DNA of 38,972 bases. It comes from Octopus bimaculoides (taxonomy: Eukaryota). Of this stretch, positions 1 to 10,423 are shown one piece after another. The notes under the pieces were generated by a model. The model saw only the letters and a list, made by a program, of their open reading frames with translations. It had not been told where the DNA came from and did no database searches. A program made the position numbers and the translations under genes. Positions within the stretch are counted from its first letter, which is position 1. The number at the start of each line of letters is the position of its first letter. The DNA lies in the NCBI RefSeq assembly GCF_001194135.2, contig NC_068982.1:32704613-32743584 (forward strand), given 5' to 3'.

Positions 1-36
1 TACCCTGATATGCACGTATATACACATGTAGATGTG

Positions 37-82
37 AGTATGTACATATATGTGTGTATACATGTATATATATTCTTTGTAT

Positions 83-145
<63 letters not shown>
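37..145. repeat. (TA)n/(GT)n compound microsatellite
   Basis: Pure dinucleotide runs read directly from the sequence. Confidence 0.95.
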
Positions 146-151
<6 letters not shown>

Positions 152-654
152 TTTGACTGGGACCAGTGGGGTGGGCAGTGTTGAAAGCATCTCTGCATCC
201 GCACTTGACAAGGACCAAATATGTCATTTTCGATAAAGAGTATAACTATTCTATTCTATCCCCTCTTTCTCTTTTCATTTCTTTGTCTCTTTCTCTCTCT
301 CACACACTCTCCCTCTCTCTCATTCTTACTCCCCTTCTCTCTCCCATTAATTCTCGATATATCTGTATGTTTATGTATATTTTGCATACACACAGATTCT
401 TTTCGTCTTAGAGCCGTACGGCCTTCTTCTGTTTGTATATTGTATATTTGTTTTGTTTGTATATTCCCATTTTTGTCGTGTTTTTTTTTTTCGCCACTGT
501 CCTCAGCGTTCGCTCGCCATTCCCAGCAGCTTCTTGCTGTTGACACCACCAAAGGTGATCAATATTCTAATTAAAGGCGTGAAATCGTAAAAATCTTTTG
601 AACGATAGCTGACGTTTGTTCCTTTACTGTGTTTCTGTTTAGATTTTGGAATGA

Positions 655-766
655 AGCGGTTCGGCAAAACTGACCGATAGAATAAACACCAGGCGTAAAG
701 ATAAAGAAAATAAGTATTCAGGTCGATTCGTTTGGCAAACATTCCTCATGGCGGACCCCCTGCATG
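655..766 (+). mobile_element. SINE 3' module fragment (family D tail)
   Basis: agcggttcggcaaaa..gaccgatagaataa..ggtcgattcgtttg matches the copies at 15790-15999 (+) and 6851-7048 (-). Confidence 0.7.
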
Positions 767-1233
767 AAACATGTAAATGGTAAATGATATATATATATTT
801 TTTTTCTCGTCTACGTTTTGTTTGCAATGTCCTGTACCCAGATATGCACCTATGCATACAGGTGGATGTCGGTATGCACATACCTGTACGTATATATGCA
901 TATACTCATTTACTATTTGTTTATATATATATNNNNNNNNNNNNNNNNNNNNNNNNNNNNNNNNNNNNNNNNNNNNNNNNNNNNNNNNNNNNNNNNNNNN
1001 NNNNNNNNNNNNNNNNNNNNNNNNNNNNNNNNNNNNNNNNNNNNNNNNNNNNNNNNNNNNNNNNNNNNNNNNNNNNNNNNNNNNNNNNNNNNNNNNNNNN
1101 NNNNNNNNNNNNNNNNNNNNNNNNNNNNNNNNNNNNNNNNNNNNNNNNNNNNNNNNNNNNNNNNNNNNNNNNNNNNNNNNNNNNNNNNNNNNNNNNNNNN
1201 NNNNNNNNNNNNNNNNNNNNNNNNNNNNNNNNN

Positions 1234-1236
1234 ACA

Positions 1237-1304
<68 letters not shown>

Positions 1305-1305
1305 G
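1234..1305. repeat. (CA)n followed by (CACG)n microsatellite
   Basis: Direct reading. Confidence 0.95.
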
Positions 1306-2769
1306 ATATAGATATAGATATACACACAGTTGGTACGCTTGGTATTTCAAATGGAAAGTGCAATGACGGTTGCTTCTGATAGGATCCTACGGAGAAAGAT
1401 GCCTGAAGACTCTATTCCAATGACCCTGCCAAAAATAGTGACAAGAGGGATGGATGGATGGATGGATGGATGGAATTAATTTGGTAGCGATGTTGTAAAG
1501 AAATATTAAATGAAATTTCACGTCCGAAAAAATTGACACATGGAATAATGTATGATATGGAAACAATTACTTCCTGCAGATGTTTTATTTAATAATTTCA
1601 TTAGTGGAAAACTGACCAATGACTTATNNNNNNNNNNNNNNNNNNNNNNNNNNNNNNNNNNNNNNNNNNNNNNNNNNNNNNNNNNNNNNNNNNNNNNNNN
1701 NNNNNNNNNNNNNNNNNNNNNNNNNNNNNNNNNNNNNNNNNNNNNNNNNNNNNNNNNNNNNNNNNNNNNNNNNNNNNNNNNNNNNNNNNNNNNNNNNNNN
1801 NNNNNNNNNNNNNNNNNNNNNNNNNNNNNNNNNNNNNNNNNNNNNNNNNNNNNNNNNNNNNNNNNNNNNNNNNNNNNNNNNNNNNNNNNNNNNNNNNNNN
1901 NNNNNNNNNNNNNNNNNNNNNNNNNNNNNNNNNNNNNNNNNNNNNNNNNNNNNNNNNNNNNNNNNNNNNNNNNNNNNNNNNNNNNNNNNNNNNNNNNNNN
2001 NNNNNNNNNNNNNNNNNNNNNNNNNNNNNNNNNNNNNNNNNNNNNNNNNNNNNNNNNNNNNNNNNNNNNNNNNNNNNNNNNNNNNNNNNNNNNNNNNNNN
2101 NNNNNNNNNNNNNNNNNNNNNNNNNNNNNNNNNNNNNNNNNNNNNNNNNNNNNNNNNNNNNNNNNNNNNNNNNNNNNNNNNNNNNNNNNNNNNNNNNNNN
2201 NNNNNNNNNNNNNNNNNNNNNNNNNNNNNNNNNNNNNNNNNNNNNNNNNNNNNNNNNNNNNNNNNNNNNNNNNNNNNNNNNNNNNNNNNNNNNNNNNNNN
2301 NNNNNNNNNNNNNNNNNNNNNNNNNNNNNNNNNNNNNNNNNNNNNNNNNNNNNNNNNNNNNNNNNNNNNNNNNNNNNNNNNNNNNNNNNNNNNNNNNNNN
2401 NNNNNNNNNNNNNNNNNNNNNNNNNNNNNNNNNNNNNNNNNNNNNNNNNNNNNNNNNNNNNNNNNNNNNNNNNNNNNNNNNNNNNNNNNNNNNNNNNNNN
2501 NNNNNNNNNNNNNNNNNNNNNNNNNNNNNNNNNNNNNNNNNNNNNNNNNNNNNNNNNNNNNNNNNATATATATATATATATATATATATACATACATATG
2601 CACAAACACACATACGTGCACACACGCACGCACCTACATACACACACACACATACACACACACACATGTTTCTTTGGAAATATCCATTCACTAATGCATT
2701 TTATCGCCATAAATGCAAAAACATATCCATGAAGTGATCTCTACATTTGAATGGCTGGTCTTTGTGAAG

Positions 2770-3010
2770 AGCGAAGATGGAGCTTTGTCGAATCTTTATC
2801 AGTTTAATCAACAAGAGTAGATTGAAAGAAAAACAAGTAACGATAAGTATAAACTCCTAACTGAAGAAGTTCTTTGCAATGAAAGCAAGATCAGAAGACT
2901 TCCTTACGTTGTCATCTAGTTGTAAATTACTTAAATACAAGAATAAAGTAGCTGTACCGTCTGAACAAATGAAGTTTTGTCTGCCCGTTGGATGACATTT
3001 TTGAAAATGA
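2770..3010 (+). mobile_element. Possible decayed KRBA2/SCAND3-like (Ginger-type) integrase-family transposon fragment
   Basis: Frameshifted peptides DKYKLLTEEVL..KIRRLPYVV and KVAVPSEQMKFCLPV/DDIFE resemble, from memory, the region upstream of the HHCC motif in KRBA2-like proteins (EKY..I.EVK..YRR..YDV..EKLI..IRYYV..EELFDI). Weak, by eye only. Confidence 0.3.
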
Positions 3011-3070
3011 TATAATCTAAAATGTGTATGTATACAGCAGCTGCATTACTCCAGATATGAAACCAATATA

Positions 3071-3687
3071 GACGCAGGCGTGGTTATATACGCTGGCGTG
3101 ATTATAAGCGCAGGCGCAGACGTGGTAAGAAATTTTACTTCCCAACCACATGGTGCCGGCTTCAGTCCACTGTGCTGCCCCTTGGTTTACTTTCCAACCA
3201 CATGGTGCCGTCTTCCAAAGCTTTGTGGGGGGTTCGGGGGAGTCGACCAAAGCCTTGTGAGTAGATTCGATAAACGGAAACTGAAACAAGCTCGTTTCTT
3301 TGTGTCCTGACAATCGCGTGACAAGTGGTGTTGGTTTGTTTACGTCCAGTAATTTAGTAGTTTGGCAAAGGAATCTGATAGAATAAGTATTGGGTTGTCT
3401 GGAAAGTTCGTGCCGATTTTTAAAGGAAAGAAAACGTTCAATAAATACTTGCCATTGCAATTTTAATCAACTAAATATGAACCATTTTGTTGCACAATGC
3501 GTCTCCATCTTTCCTTTAACTTGAAAATACCCTCTTCCCAGAATTGAGGTGGTTTCATGGTAAATAAGTCGAAAGGTAAGCTACTATAAATCGGCACAAA
3601 CTTTCCGGACAACCCCAATACCATACTGAAACAATAAGGATAAGCATGGCTGCAGTTTAATGGCCGAAACAAGTAAAAGATAAAAGA
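3071..3687 (+). mobile_element. tRNA-derived SINE (family A, CORE-like body plus D tail) interrupted by a mariner mini-element
   Basis: Head tacttcccaaccacatggtgccg (internally duplicated at 3134-3158 and 3186-3210), body gaccaaagccttgtgagtagattcgataaacggaaactgaaa, and tail gatagaataagTA that resumes after 3620 as agcatggctgcag..gaaacaagtaaaaga. Confidence 0.8.
3390..3618 (-). mobile_element. Mariner/Tc1 deletion derivative (MITE-like, 229 bp) with TIRs and TA target duplication
   Basis: Left TIR ttgggttgtctggaaagttcgtgccgattt (3390-3419). Right TIR reverse complement ttggggttgtccggaaagtttgtgccgattt (3588-3618). TA at 3388-89 and 3619-20. The minus strand encodes MKPPQFWEEGIFKLKERWRRIVQQNGSYLVD* (3558-3463), a mariner transposase C-terminus. 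Confidence 0.92.
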
Positions 3688-4179
3688 ATCTTCTAACGAA
3701 AGAGCACGTGTATTTGTAGCCTGTTGCAACTATTTAGAGCTAAAGTGAAAACTCTGTTTTGAGATACAGTTATGACTATGTTATAGTTGTTATGGCTACC
3801 ACAAAAAGATCGTCAGAGATTGCATGACGTAACATATGTCTAATATTCAAACGGTTTTATCTTCATTAGATGTTGGTGCATTTCCGCCATTGATTAACCT
3901 CATGTGATTCCTGGTTGACCAGGCTTACAATGAATGGTGTTCAAACTGTGAGCATCCCCTCATTTAGTCTGGCATTACGTATCTAGGACCACCTTATAAT
4001 CTAATAGCTCCTTCCTTTTGTAAATAAATATAATTTGAATTACAGAAATGTATTGACTACTTATATTTTTTTCATTCTAAATAAAACTTAATTATCAATG
4101 GAATAAGAAAACACGTTAACTTGGTATGTTAGAGCGTATTTTTCACATTATTAACATATTTTAGCACTGTCATTTATAT

Positions 4180-4930
4180 AAACATACAATTACATAAACA
4201 ATACAGCAGCAATCACAATAATGTACAATTTTAAACAATACACAGCATTATCAATATGACAATAGAACACTATCAAATGTGCTATACAACACTAACAACA
4301 ACAAAAAAAAACCGTTAGCAGTATCTACATAAATATTAGACTACATAAATAACATCCAGACTGTTAACAACATAATACAAAATTATAACAACGAAAACAT
4401 GGGACAGGGTAACAGTCGATTCTATCAAAACCTATATAATCATTAATATAAAACAACACTCTCAACAGCATAACGAAACGACATAGCAAAACATCATTAT
4501 CTACAACATAATACAATATTATCAACGTTACAGTACGACACTATCCACATTATAAAACAACGCTATAAAAACTATAACAAAACACTATAAAAAATATAAC
4601 AAAACAACGCTATCAACAACAGAAAAAAGCAATACTGTGAACAATGTTACAAAACAAGTCTATCGTAAACATAACACTATCAACAGCATTACTATATACA
4701 GTTCTCTTTAAAAAAACCCCACTGATGACAACATCAACAACAAAATAGAACAGTATTATCGGCAACACAGTTAAGCACTACCAACAGCATAAAATCAACG
4801 ACAACACCAAAACAACGCTATCAACAACATTACAAAACATCATCGACAGTATAATAGAACATTATTAATTGCATAATAATGAAATACAATTAACAATATA
4901 ACACAAGAAAAAAAACTTTCACAAACATAG
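4180..4930 (+). repeat. Degenerate A/C-rich low-complexity tandem repeat (acaacactatcaacaacat-like units)
   Basis: Recurrent aacaacactat(c)aacaa motifs with strong depletion of G on the + strand. Confidence 0.7.
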
Positions 4931-5009
4931 CAGTTCTATATTTAAGAAATGAGGAATTATGTGCATTGTTTACATTCAACGGATATTTGTCCTCGTCTTG
5001 TTTGTTGTT

Positions 5010-5057
5010 AACACAAAAGATTTCAGCTGATATACCCTCCAGCCTTCTTCCGGTGTC
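5010..5057 (-). ncRNA. Decayed type I hammerhead ribozyme motif (probably inactive)
   Basis: gacac CGGAAGA a ggctg..cagct GAAA tcttttgtgtt. U4 is changed to G and stem III is disrupted relative to the intact copies at 20958-21003 and 21041-21086. Confidence 0.7.
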
Positions 5058-5127
5058 TTGGGGAAATTTCGCACCTAGTGTCTCATTCCTAAGGTATTTT
5101 TCGATGTTATTAAAATTGTTCAGGTCA

Positions 5128-5195
5128 CTGCTTGGAATCGAACTCGGAATTTTGGTGTTAGTAGCCCGCGCTCTTAACTACTACGCCATATGCTC
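5128..5195 (-). promoter_or_regulatory. tRNA-derived Pol III internal promoter (A and B boxes) inside the PLE 3' region
   Basis: The minus strand reads tggcgtagtagttaagagcgcgggctactaacaccaaaattccgagttcgattccaagc. A box TGGCGTAGTAG at 5188-5178, B box GAGTTCGATTCC at 5145-5134. The cloverleaf stems do not pair, so this is not a functional tRNA. Confidence 0.75.
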
Positions 5196-5224
5196 GCGGG
5201 CAATTATAAAGTGAATTTTAGGGC

Positions 5225-5632
5225 TTATAAATCTAATATTTTTCTATTCTTCCTTAATACCGATTCCCATATGCTATTCATATCTGCACTCGGTCTGCTT
5301 AGGAGGTTGTTGTGCCCTAGCATATGTGCTGCTTCTTTTAGTTTTCGTATTTTCCAGTGGTGTTCTCTGTCTATTATTTTATCTTCATCCCACAAGGGCA
5401 GGTGGTCTTCATTTATCCATACATGATCAGCTATACCCGATTTATCAATATCTCCTCGTGTCACAGCTTTGCGATGTTCCTCTACCCTTATTTTGAGGGG
5501 GCGACATGTTTCGCCTTTGTATAACTTACCACAGTTGCATGGGATGGAGTACACGCAGTCTTTGGTCCTATTCTATGGTCATATTCTCTTCTATTGGTCG
5601 TTTTACCCGAAGGAGATATTTGCGAAGTGTTA
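5225..5632 (-). pseudogene. PLE GIY-YIG endonuclease domain remnant
   Basis: TLRKYLLRVKRPIEENMT, then a roughly 13-nt duplication that shifts frame, then KDCVYSIPCNCGKLYKGETCRPLKIRVEEHRKAV..SGIADHVW..HLPLWDE..IIDREHHWKIRKLKEAAHM. The VY..Y.GET..R..EH and H..W...E..E pattern is typical of Penelope-clade endonucleases. Confidence 0.88.
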
Positions 5633-5636
5633 CCCT

Positions 5637-5788
5637 CATGGGAGAGGGTAACAGTTGATTCTGTCAACACCTGTATAATCATTAATATAAAACAACACTC
5701 TCAACAGCATAACGAAACTATGTAGCAAAACATCATTTTCTACAACATAATACAATATTATCAACGTTACAGTACGACACCATCCACA
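5637..5788 (+). repeat. Direct duplicate (about 150 bp) of 4398-4549
   Basis: catggga.agggtaacagt.gattct...cattaatataaaacaacactctcaacagcataacgaaac...cagtacgacac.atccaca is shared, with scattered substitutions. Confidence 0.9.
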
Positions 5789-5836
5789 CTTCGCAAATAT
5801 CTCCTTCGGGTAAAACCACCAATAGATGAGAATAGA

Positions 5837-5992
5837 AGTGGTTAAATCGTACTTGACTGGTAGCTATTTTACCGACTCCGAAAGAATGAAAGTAAAGTCG
5901 GCCCCGGTAGTATTTGAACTCAGAACGTAAGGCCAGAAGAAATGCTGCTAAGCATTTTGCCGGTGCGGTAACGATTCTGTCAGCTCGCAGCC
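5837..5992 (-). mobile_element. tRNA-derived SINE (family B)
   Basis: Reverse complement of ggcgagctg.cagaatcgtta..aaaatgcttagc..ctgagttcaaat..gactttactttcattctttcggagtcggtaaaatagctaccag. Confidence 0.8.
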
Positions 5993-6019
5993 TTCAACAT
6001 TGTAGGAATATAATGAACT

Positions 6020-6226
6020 CAAATTTTGGCAGAAAGTCAGCAAATTCAGTGGAAAAGTACTGGTCGATTACATCGACCCCAGTACTCAACTGGTGCTTAT
6101 TTTTATCTACCATGAAAGGATAAAAAATTAAAATCGACCTTGACAGGATTTGAATGAAAGCCGACGAAAGAAATGTCGCTAAGGATTTTGTCCGACGTGC
6201 AAACGATTCTGCTAGTTCATTGCCTT
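6020..6226 (-). mobile_element. tRNA-derived SINE (family B)
   Basis: gtcgattacatcgaccccagtactcaactggtgcttattttt..aaatcgacct..aaacgattctgctagttc, the same family in tandem with the previous copy. Confidence 0.8.
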
Positions 6227-6341
6227 AACTTCTTGGCATTTAAACTGGCAAGAGTCAAAATATTATATGTTTTATGTTCAAGCTGGTCAGACTTGTTCTC
6301 TCGCACCTATCCAACAATTCGTTGAAAATAATTATTTCATT

Positions 6342-6717
6342 GTGGAGGCGCAATGGCCCAGAGATTAGGGCAGCGGACTCGCGGTGGTAGGATCGCGGTT
6401 TCGATTCCCAGACCGGGCGTTGTGAGTGTTTATTGAGCGAAAACACCTAAAGCTCCACGAGGCACGGGATGGTGGCGAACCCTGCTATACTCTTTCACCA
6501 CAACTTTCTCTCACTCTTACCTCCTGTTTCTATTGTGCCTGTAATTCAAAGGATCAGCCTTGTCACACTGTGTCACGCTGAATATCCCCGAGAACTACGT
6601 TAAAGGTACACGTATCTGTGGAGTGCTCAGCCACTTGCACGTTAATTTCACGAGCAGGCTGTTCCGTTGATTGGATCAACCGGAACCCTCGACGTCGTAA
6701 GCGACGGAATGCCAACA
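6342..6717 (+). mobile_element. tRNA-derived SINE (family C), near full length
   Basis: A-box-like tggcccagagatt, B box gtttcgattcc, and body/tail caaaggatcagccttgtcacact..gcaggctgttccgttgattggatcaac..gacggaatgccaac. Very similar to 17622-17950. Confidence 0.88.
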
Positions 6718-6850
6718 ATTATTTCATCAATACCTCAAAGCTACAAGATAAGGCCTAATATATTCAGTGTGATTAAATATGCATTACATTTGACAGAGTA
6801 ATCTGAATACTAAAGGATTAATTCAGTAATATAATCCAATCAGCATTTAT

Positions 6851-7049
6851 TACTCTTTACTCTTTTCTTTTACTCTTTTACTTGTTTCAGTCATTTGACT
6901 GCGGTCATGGTAGAGCACCGCCTTTAGTCGTGCAAATCGACCCCGGGACTTATTCTTTGTAAGCCTAGAACTTATTCTATCGGTCCATTTTGCCGAACCG
7001 CTAAGTAACAGTGACATAAACACACCAGCATCGGTTGTCAAGCAATGCT

Positions 7050-7104
<55 letters not shown>

Positions 7105-7277
7105 CATATATACGACGGGCTTCTTTCAGTTTCTTTCTACCAAATCCACTTACAAGGCTTTGGTCGGCCCGAGGCTAAAGTAGAAGACACTTGCCCAAGA
7201 TGCCACGCACTGGGACTGAACCCGGAACCATGTTGTTGGTAAGCAAGCTACTTACCAGACAGCCACTCCTGCGCCTA
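6851..7277 (-). mobile_element. Full composite SINE (family A head/CORE-like body + internal (CA)n(TA)n + D tail)
   Basis: The minus strand reads taggcgcaggagtggct..cagtgcgtggcatcttgggcaagtgtcttctacttt..gaagcccgtcgtata, then a microsatellite, then cttgacaaccgatgctggtgtg..gaaacaagtaaaagagtaaaag. The ccttgggcaagt block resembles the CORE domain (OR2-like; inference). Confidence 0.88.
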
Positions 7278-8180
7278 CTGTTATTGTTTAACTTCAAATT
7301 AGCCCTGATTGAGTCAGACCACACATCGAAACATAACCAAAATAATCTCGTCTAGCTTGTGTATCTGAGTTTGCACAATCTAAATTACACATTACAATCT
7401 GTAACTTCTTATTAAAGGAAAAAAGGAAAAAGTATGATTTGAGGAAAATCGAATGGCCATTGCCAGCAGGCTGAGCAACCAGGAAGGAACTCAACAGTTA
7501 AGGGCGACCAGTCTGACGGAATTGGTGAAGAACCTCTCTAGAAAATTTTTCGGGTATGCTCAGTCGTTTTCAGAAGTCAACAGCAATGTTTAAAACAAGA
7601 GCCTGTTGTGGTGTCACTTAGTCACTACACCTCAAGGAGTCACAGACATAAACACAGAGACAAGCTGATTTGATATATATGTGCACACCACACACACACA
7701 CACACACGCGTGCGCACTCGAACATCCGCGCGCTCGTGCGTACATGCTTACTTGCACTCTAATGCAAATTTGCGAGTATTCAAATGCACAAAGACAAACT
7801 TATGTACACTCGCGCACATGCGTGTGAGCACACGTGTGGTCTGTGTATATGTATGTATGCATCCCACCCTCTCNNNNNNNNNNNNNNNNNNNNNNNNNNN
7901 NNNNNNNNNNNNNNNNNNNNNNNNNNNNNNNNNNNNNNNNNNNNNNNNNNNNNNNNNNNNNNNNNNNNNNNNNNNNNNNNNNNNNNNNNNNNNNNNNNNN
8001 NNNNNNNNNNNNNNNNNNNNNNNNNNNNNNNNNNNNNNNNNNNNNNNNNNNNNNNNNNNNNNNNNNNNNNNNNNNNNNNACACGCACGCACACAAGCACG
8101 ATGGAAGTAGTCCCAATAATTATGACCATTTCTTGTTAATGAGGCTTCAAAGCGAAAAAGTGAATACACACACATGTACG

Positions 8181-8214
<34 letters not shown>

Positions 8215-9273
8215 AACACACAAACACCCACGCACACATACATGCAAATTGCATAATGAGACGCGTATGTCCATTGTATTCAGACACACACAAAACATAG
8301 ATTACCATAACATACATACCTATGCTCAAAAACATGCGCACATATATACATGAGTTGTTGTACAGCTATCGTTTGTAACCTGAGACAGTGTTTGGTAAGC
8401 GTGGCATGACAGAATGTAAGAGATTAAAAAAAATAGTCTGGCGGGCGGAGGGACAAAGCATGTGTGAAGGTGAGTGGGGGAAACCTAATTGTTTCAGATA
8501 AGTGAGTAGGAGAGAGAGAGAGAGAATGAGGGAGTGATGTACACGTGTGTTTCTGACTGCATTTGTGTCTGTGTATATGAGGATCTACTGGTTTGTGAGA
8601 GTGTCTTGCGCATGCGTGTGTATATGTATGTTGTATACATAAGTATGTCTGAAATTTAATGGGTATTACAAAGAGAATGAAGATTAAAAACGTGCGACCG
8701 CATTTTGAAGAGCAAGAACAGATAGAAAAATGAGAAGCGAAAGTTAATGAAAGAACGGAAGAAAATTAAAAGAAAGACACACAGTCACAAGCACACACAC
8801 ACATGTATCTAAATCTTCAGAGCTATCTGAAAATTTTGCATCCATCTGCCATGATACCGTGTCGCTACCGAAAAGTCTCAACTTCAATAATACTCCTGAG
8901 TAACGCTTTTATCTTCCCGACTCTATAAAATACTGGATGTTTGAACCCCTTTTCCATGTCCTGCTTCCACTTCCTACTTTATACTTCTAGTTATGGACAC
9001 CGTTCTTTCTAGATACGTTATGGATTTCATTTTGTCCAGCATGGCATTGTCCTCTTTCTGCCTATTCTATCACTACTAGAATAACCTCTACTTTTCGAAG
9101 CTGGCTTGTTTCGTAACCAACCAATCAGGTGTACTCACTTAATCTTGGTGCCGAGAGCTGGATAGACTTGTTCCTTTCCCTGCACTAACCACACTGTCTA
9201 ATTCTTCATCTTCAGAACATCAGCCTTCTGGGATCTCTTTCCCGCATTAGTTGACCTGCAGCAGTTTAAATAG

Positions 9274-9503
9274 AATATTTATTTCTTTATTGCCCACAGG
9301 ATACTAAATATAGAGGGGACAAACAAGGACAGACAAAGGGATTAAGTCGATTACATCGACCCAGTGCGTAACTGGTACTTATTTAATCGACCCCGAGAGG
9401 ATGAAAGGCAAAGTCGACCTCGGCGAAATTTAAACTCGGAACGTAACGTCAGACGAAATACCTCTAAGCATTTCGTCCGGCGTGCTAACGATTCTGCCGG
9501 ATT
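9274..9503 (-). mobile_element. tRNA-derived SINE (family B)
   Basis: gtcgattacatcgacccagtgcgtaactggtacttatttaatcgaccccgagaggatgaaaggcaaagtcgacctcggcg..gtgctaacgattctgcc. Confidence 0.9.
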
Positions 9504-9671
9504 TGCAAGAGTCATGGATTCTGTTCTTTCTTTCTGATAGAGCAAGTAAATACAATGTTTTGAACATGATGGGATATCAGACAAGTGTTGTTCACAATGT
9601 CTAAATCTTTCCGTGTCTCCTCTTCTACTCATCGTATGTCCACTTTTTCTATCTGGGCCAAGAGCCAGCAA

Positions 9672-9930
9672 GACCACAAGCGTAGCTTTGTAGTTGAGGA
9701 GTTTACTTCCCAATCATGTGGTCTTGGGTTCAGTCTCTCTGCGTGGCCCCTTGAGTAAGTGTTTTTAGACGCAGGCGTGACAGTGTAGAAAGAAGCTTGC
9801 TTCCCAATCACATGGTTCTGAGTTCAGTCCCATTACGTGGCACCTTGGGCAAGTGTCTACTATAACTTCGGGCCGACCAAAGCCTTGTGAGTGGATTTGA
9901 TAGACGGACACTGAAAGAAGCCCGTGGTAT
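9672..9930 (+). mobile_element. Two tandem family A SINE pieces (partial head, then head + body)
   Basis: cttcccaatcatgtggtcttgggttcagtc, then cttcccaatcacatggttctgagttcagtcccattacgtggcaccttgggcaagtgtc..gaaagaagcccg. Confidence 0.85.
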
Positions 9931-10089
9931 TTAATTAAGGATATTAATGAGCATGTTCGAGATTCTGTAGTACAGAGTAGAGCTCTAACTCCCACGTTTT
10001 GTAATTTCATCCGATAGACTTTGTTCCAATCAATAAGCATTTTGTATTCTTTTCATAACTTCTACTGTTGGGGCTTGACACATTGGCAA

Positions 10090-10330
10090 TGGGGTAGGTA
10101 TTAGTTTTCAGGGCTTAGCGTAAAATGTCATCAAAGCCTGCTGCTTTCCAGTTTTACGACATATTTAGGGTTTTTAAGATTCCGTCCAGATGAATGGGTG
10201 CCAGGTGAGAAGATTATGAACATTTTCAGCCTGTCTCTTCTTCCGGGTCCATTCCTTGATCATAAGTTATCACAATGTTTTCGTTGATTTGTATCGACTT
10301 GGATCGTCTCCAGTAAAAACCCACGAGATA
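10090..10330 (-). mobile_element. Decayed non-LTR retrotransposon RT N-terminal remnant
   Basis: A minus frame gives PIHLDGILKTLNMS*NWKAAGFDDILR*ALK, matching the LINE RT motif PFT..E...AL..LKN.KA.G.DGI..E.LK. Contains stops. Confidence 0.45.
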
Positions 10331-10344
10331 AGGTAGAGGGATTA

Positions 10345-10347
<3 letters not shown>

Positions 10348-10420
<73 letters not shown>
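10348..10420. repeat. (CA)n(TA)n microsatellite
   Basis: Direct reading. Confidence 0.95.

Positions 10421-10423
<3 letters not shown>

Larger units (their letters stand above)
4931..5632 (-). mobile_element. Penelope-like retroelement, 5'-truncated 3' fragment
   Basis: GIY-YIG remnant followed downstream by a tRNA-like cassette and a hammerhead-like segment. The hammerhead segment recurs at 20918-21126. Confidence 0.88.

Noticed and set aside
507-554. 48-nt candidate exon (FARHSQQLLAVDTTK) after a T-rich acceptor
   Set aside because: The donor gtgatc is weak and the peptide is unrecognised, so chance cannot be excluded.
6342-6415. tRNA genes at SINE heads (also 5128-5195 and 11442-11510)
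   Set aside because: A and B boxes are present but acceptor and T stems do not pair, and each continues into a repeat body. These are SINE-type heads.
7453-7593. 46-codon ORF MAIASRLSNQEGTQQLRATSLTELVKNLSRKFFG with an internal gtatgc donor
   Set aside because: There is no acceptor or promoter evidence and no recognisable homology. The length is within random expectation.
8820-9240. GC-elevated segment that might be a LINE remnant
   Set aside because: I could not find a diagnostic motif in any frame.
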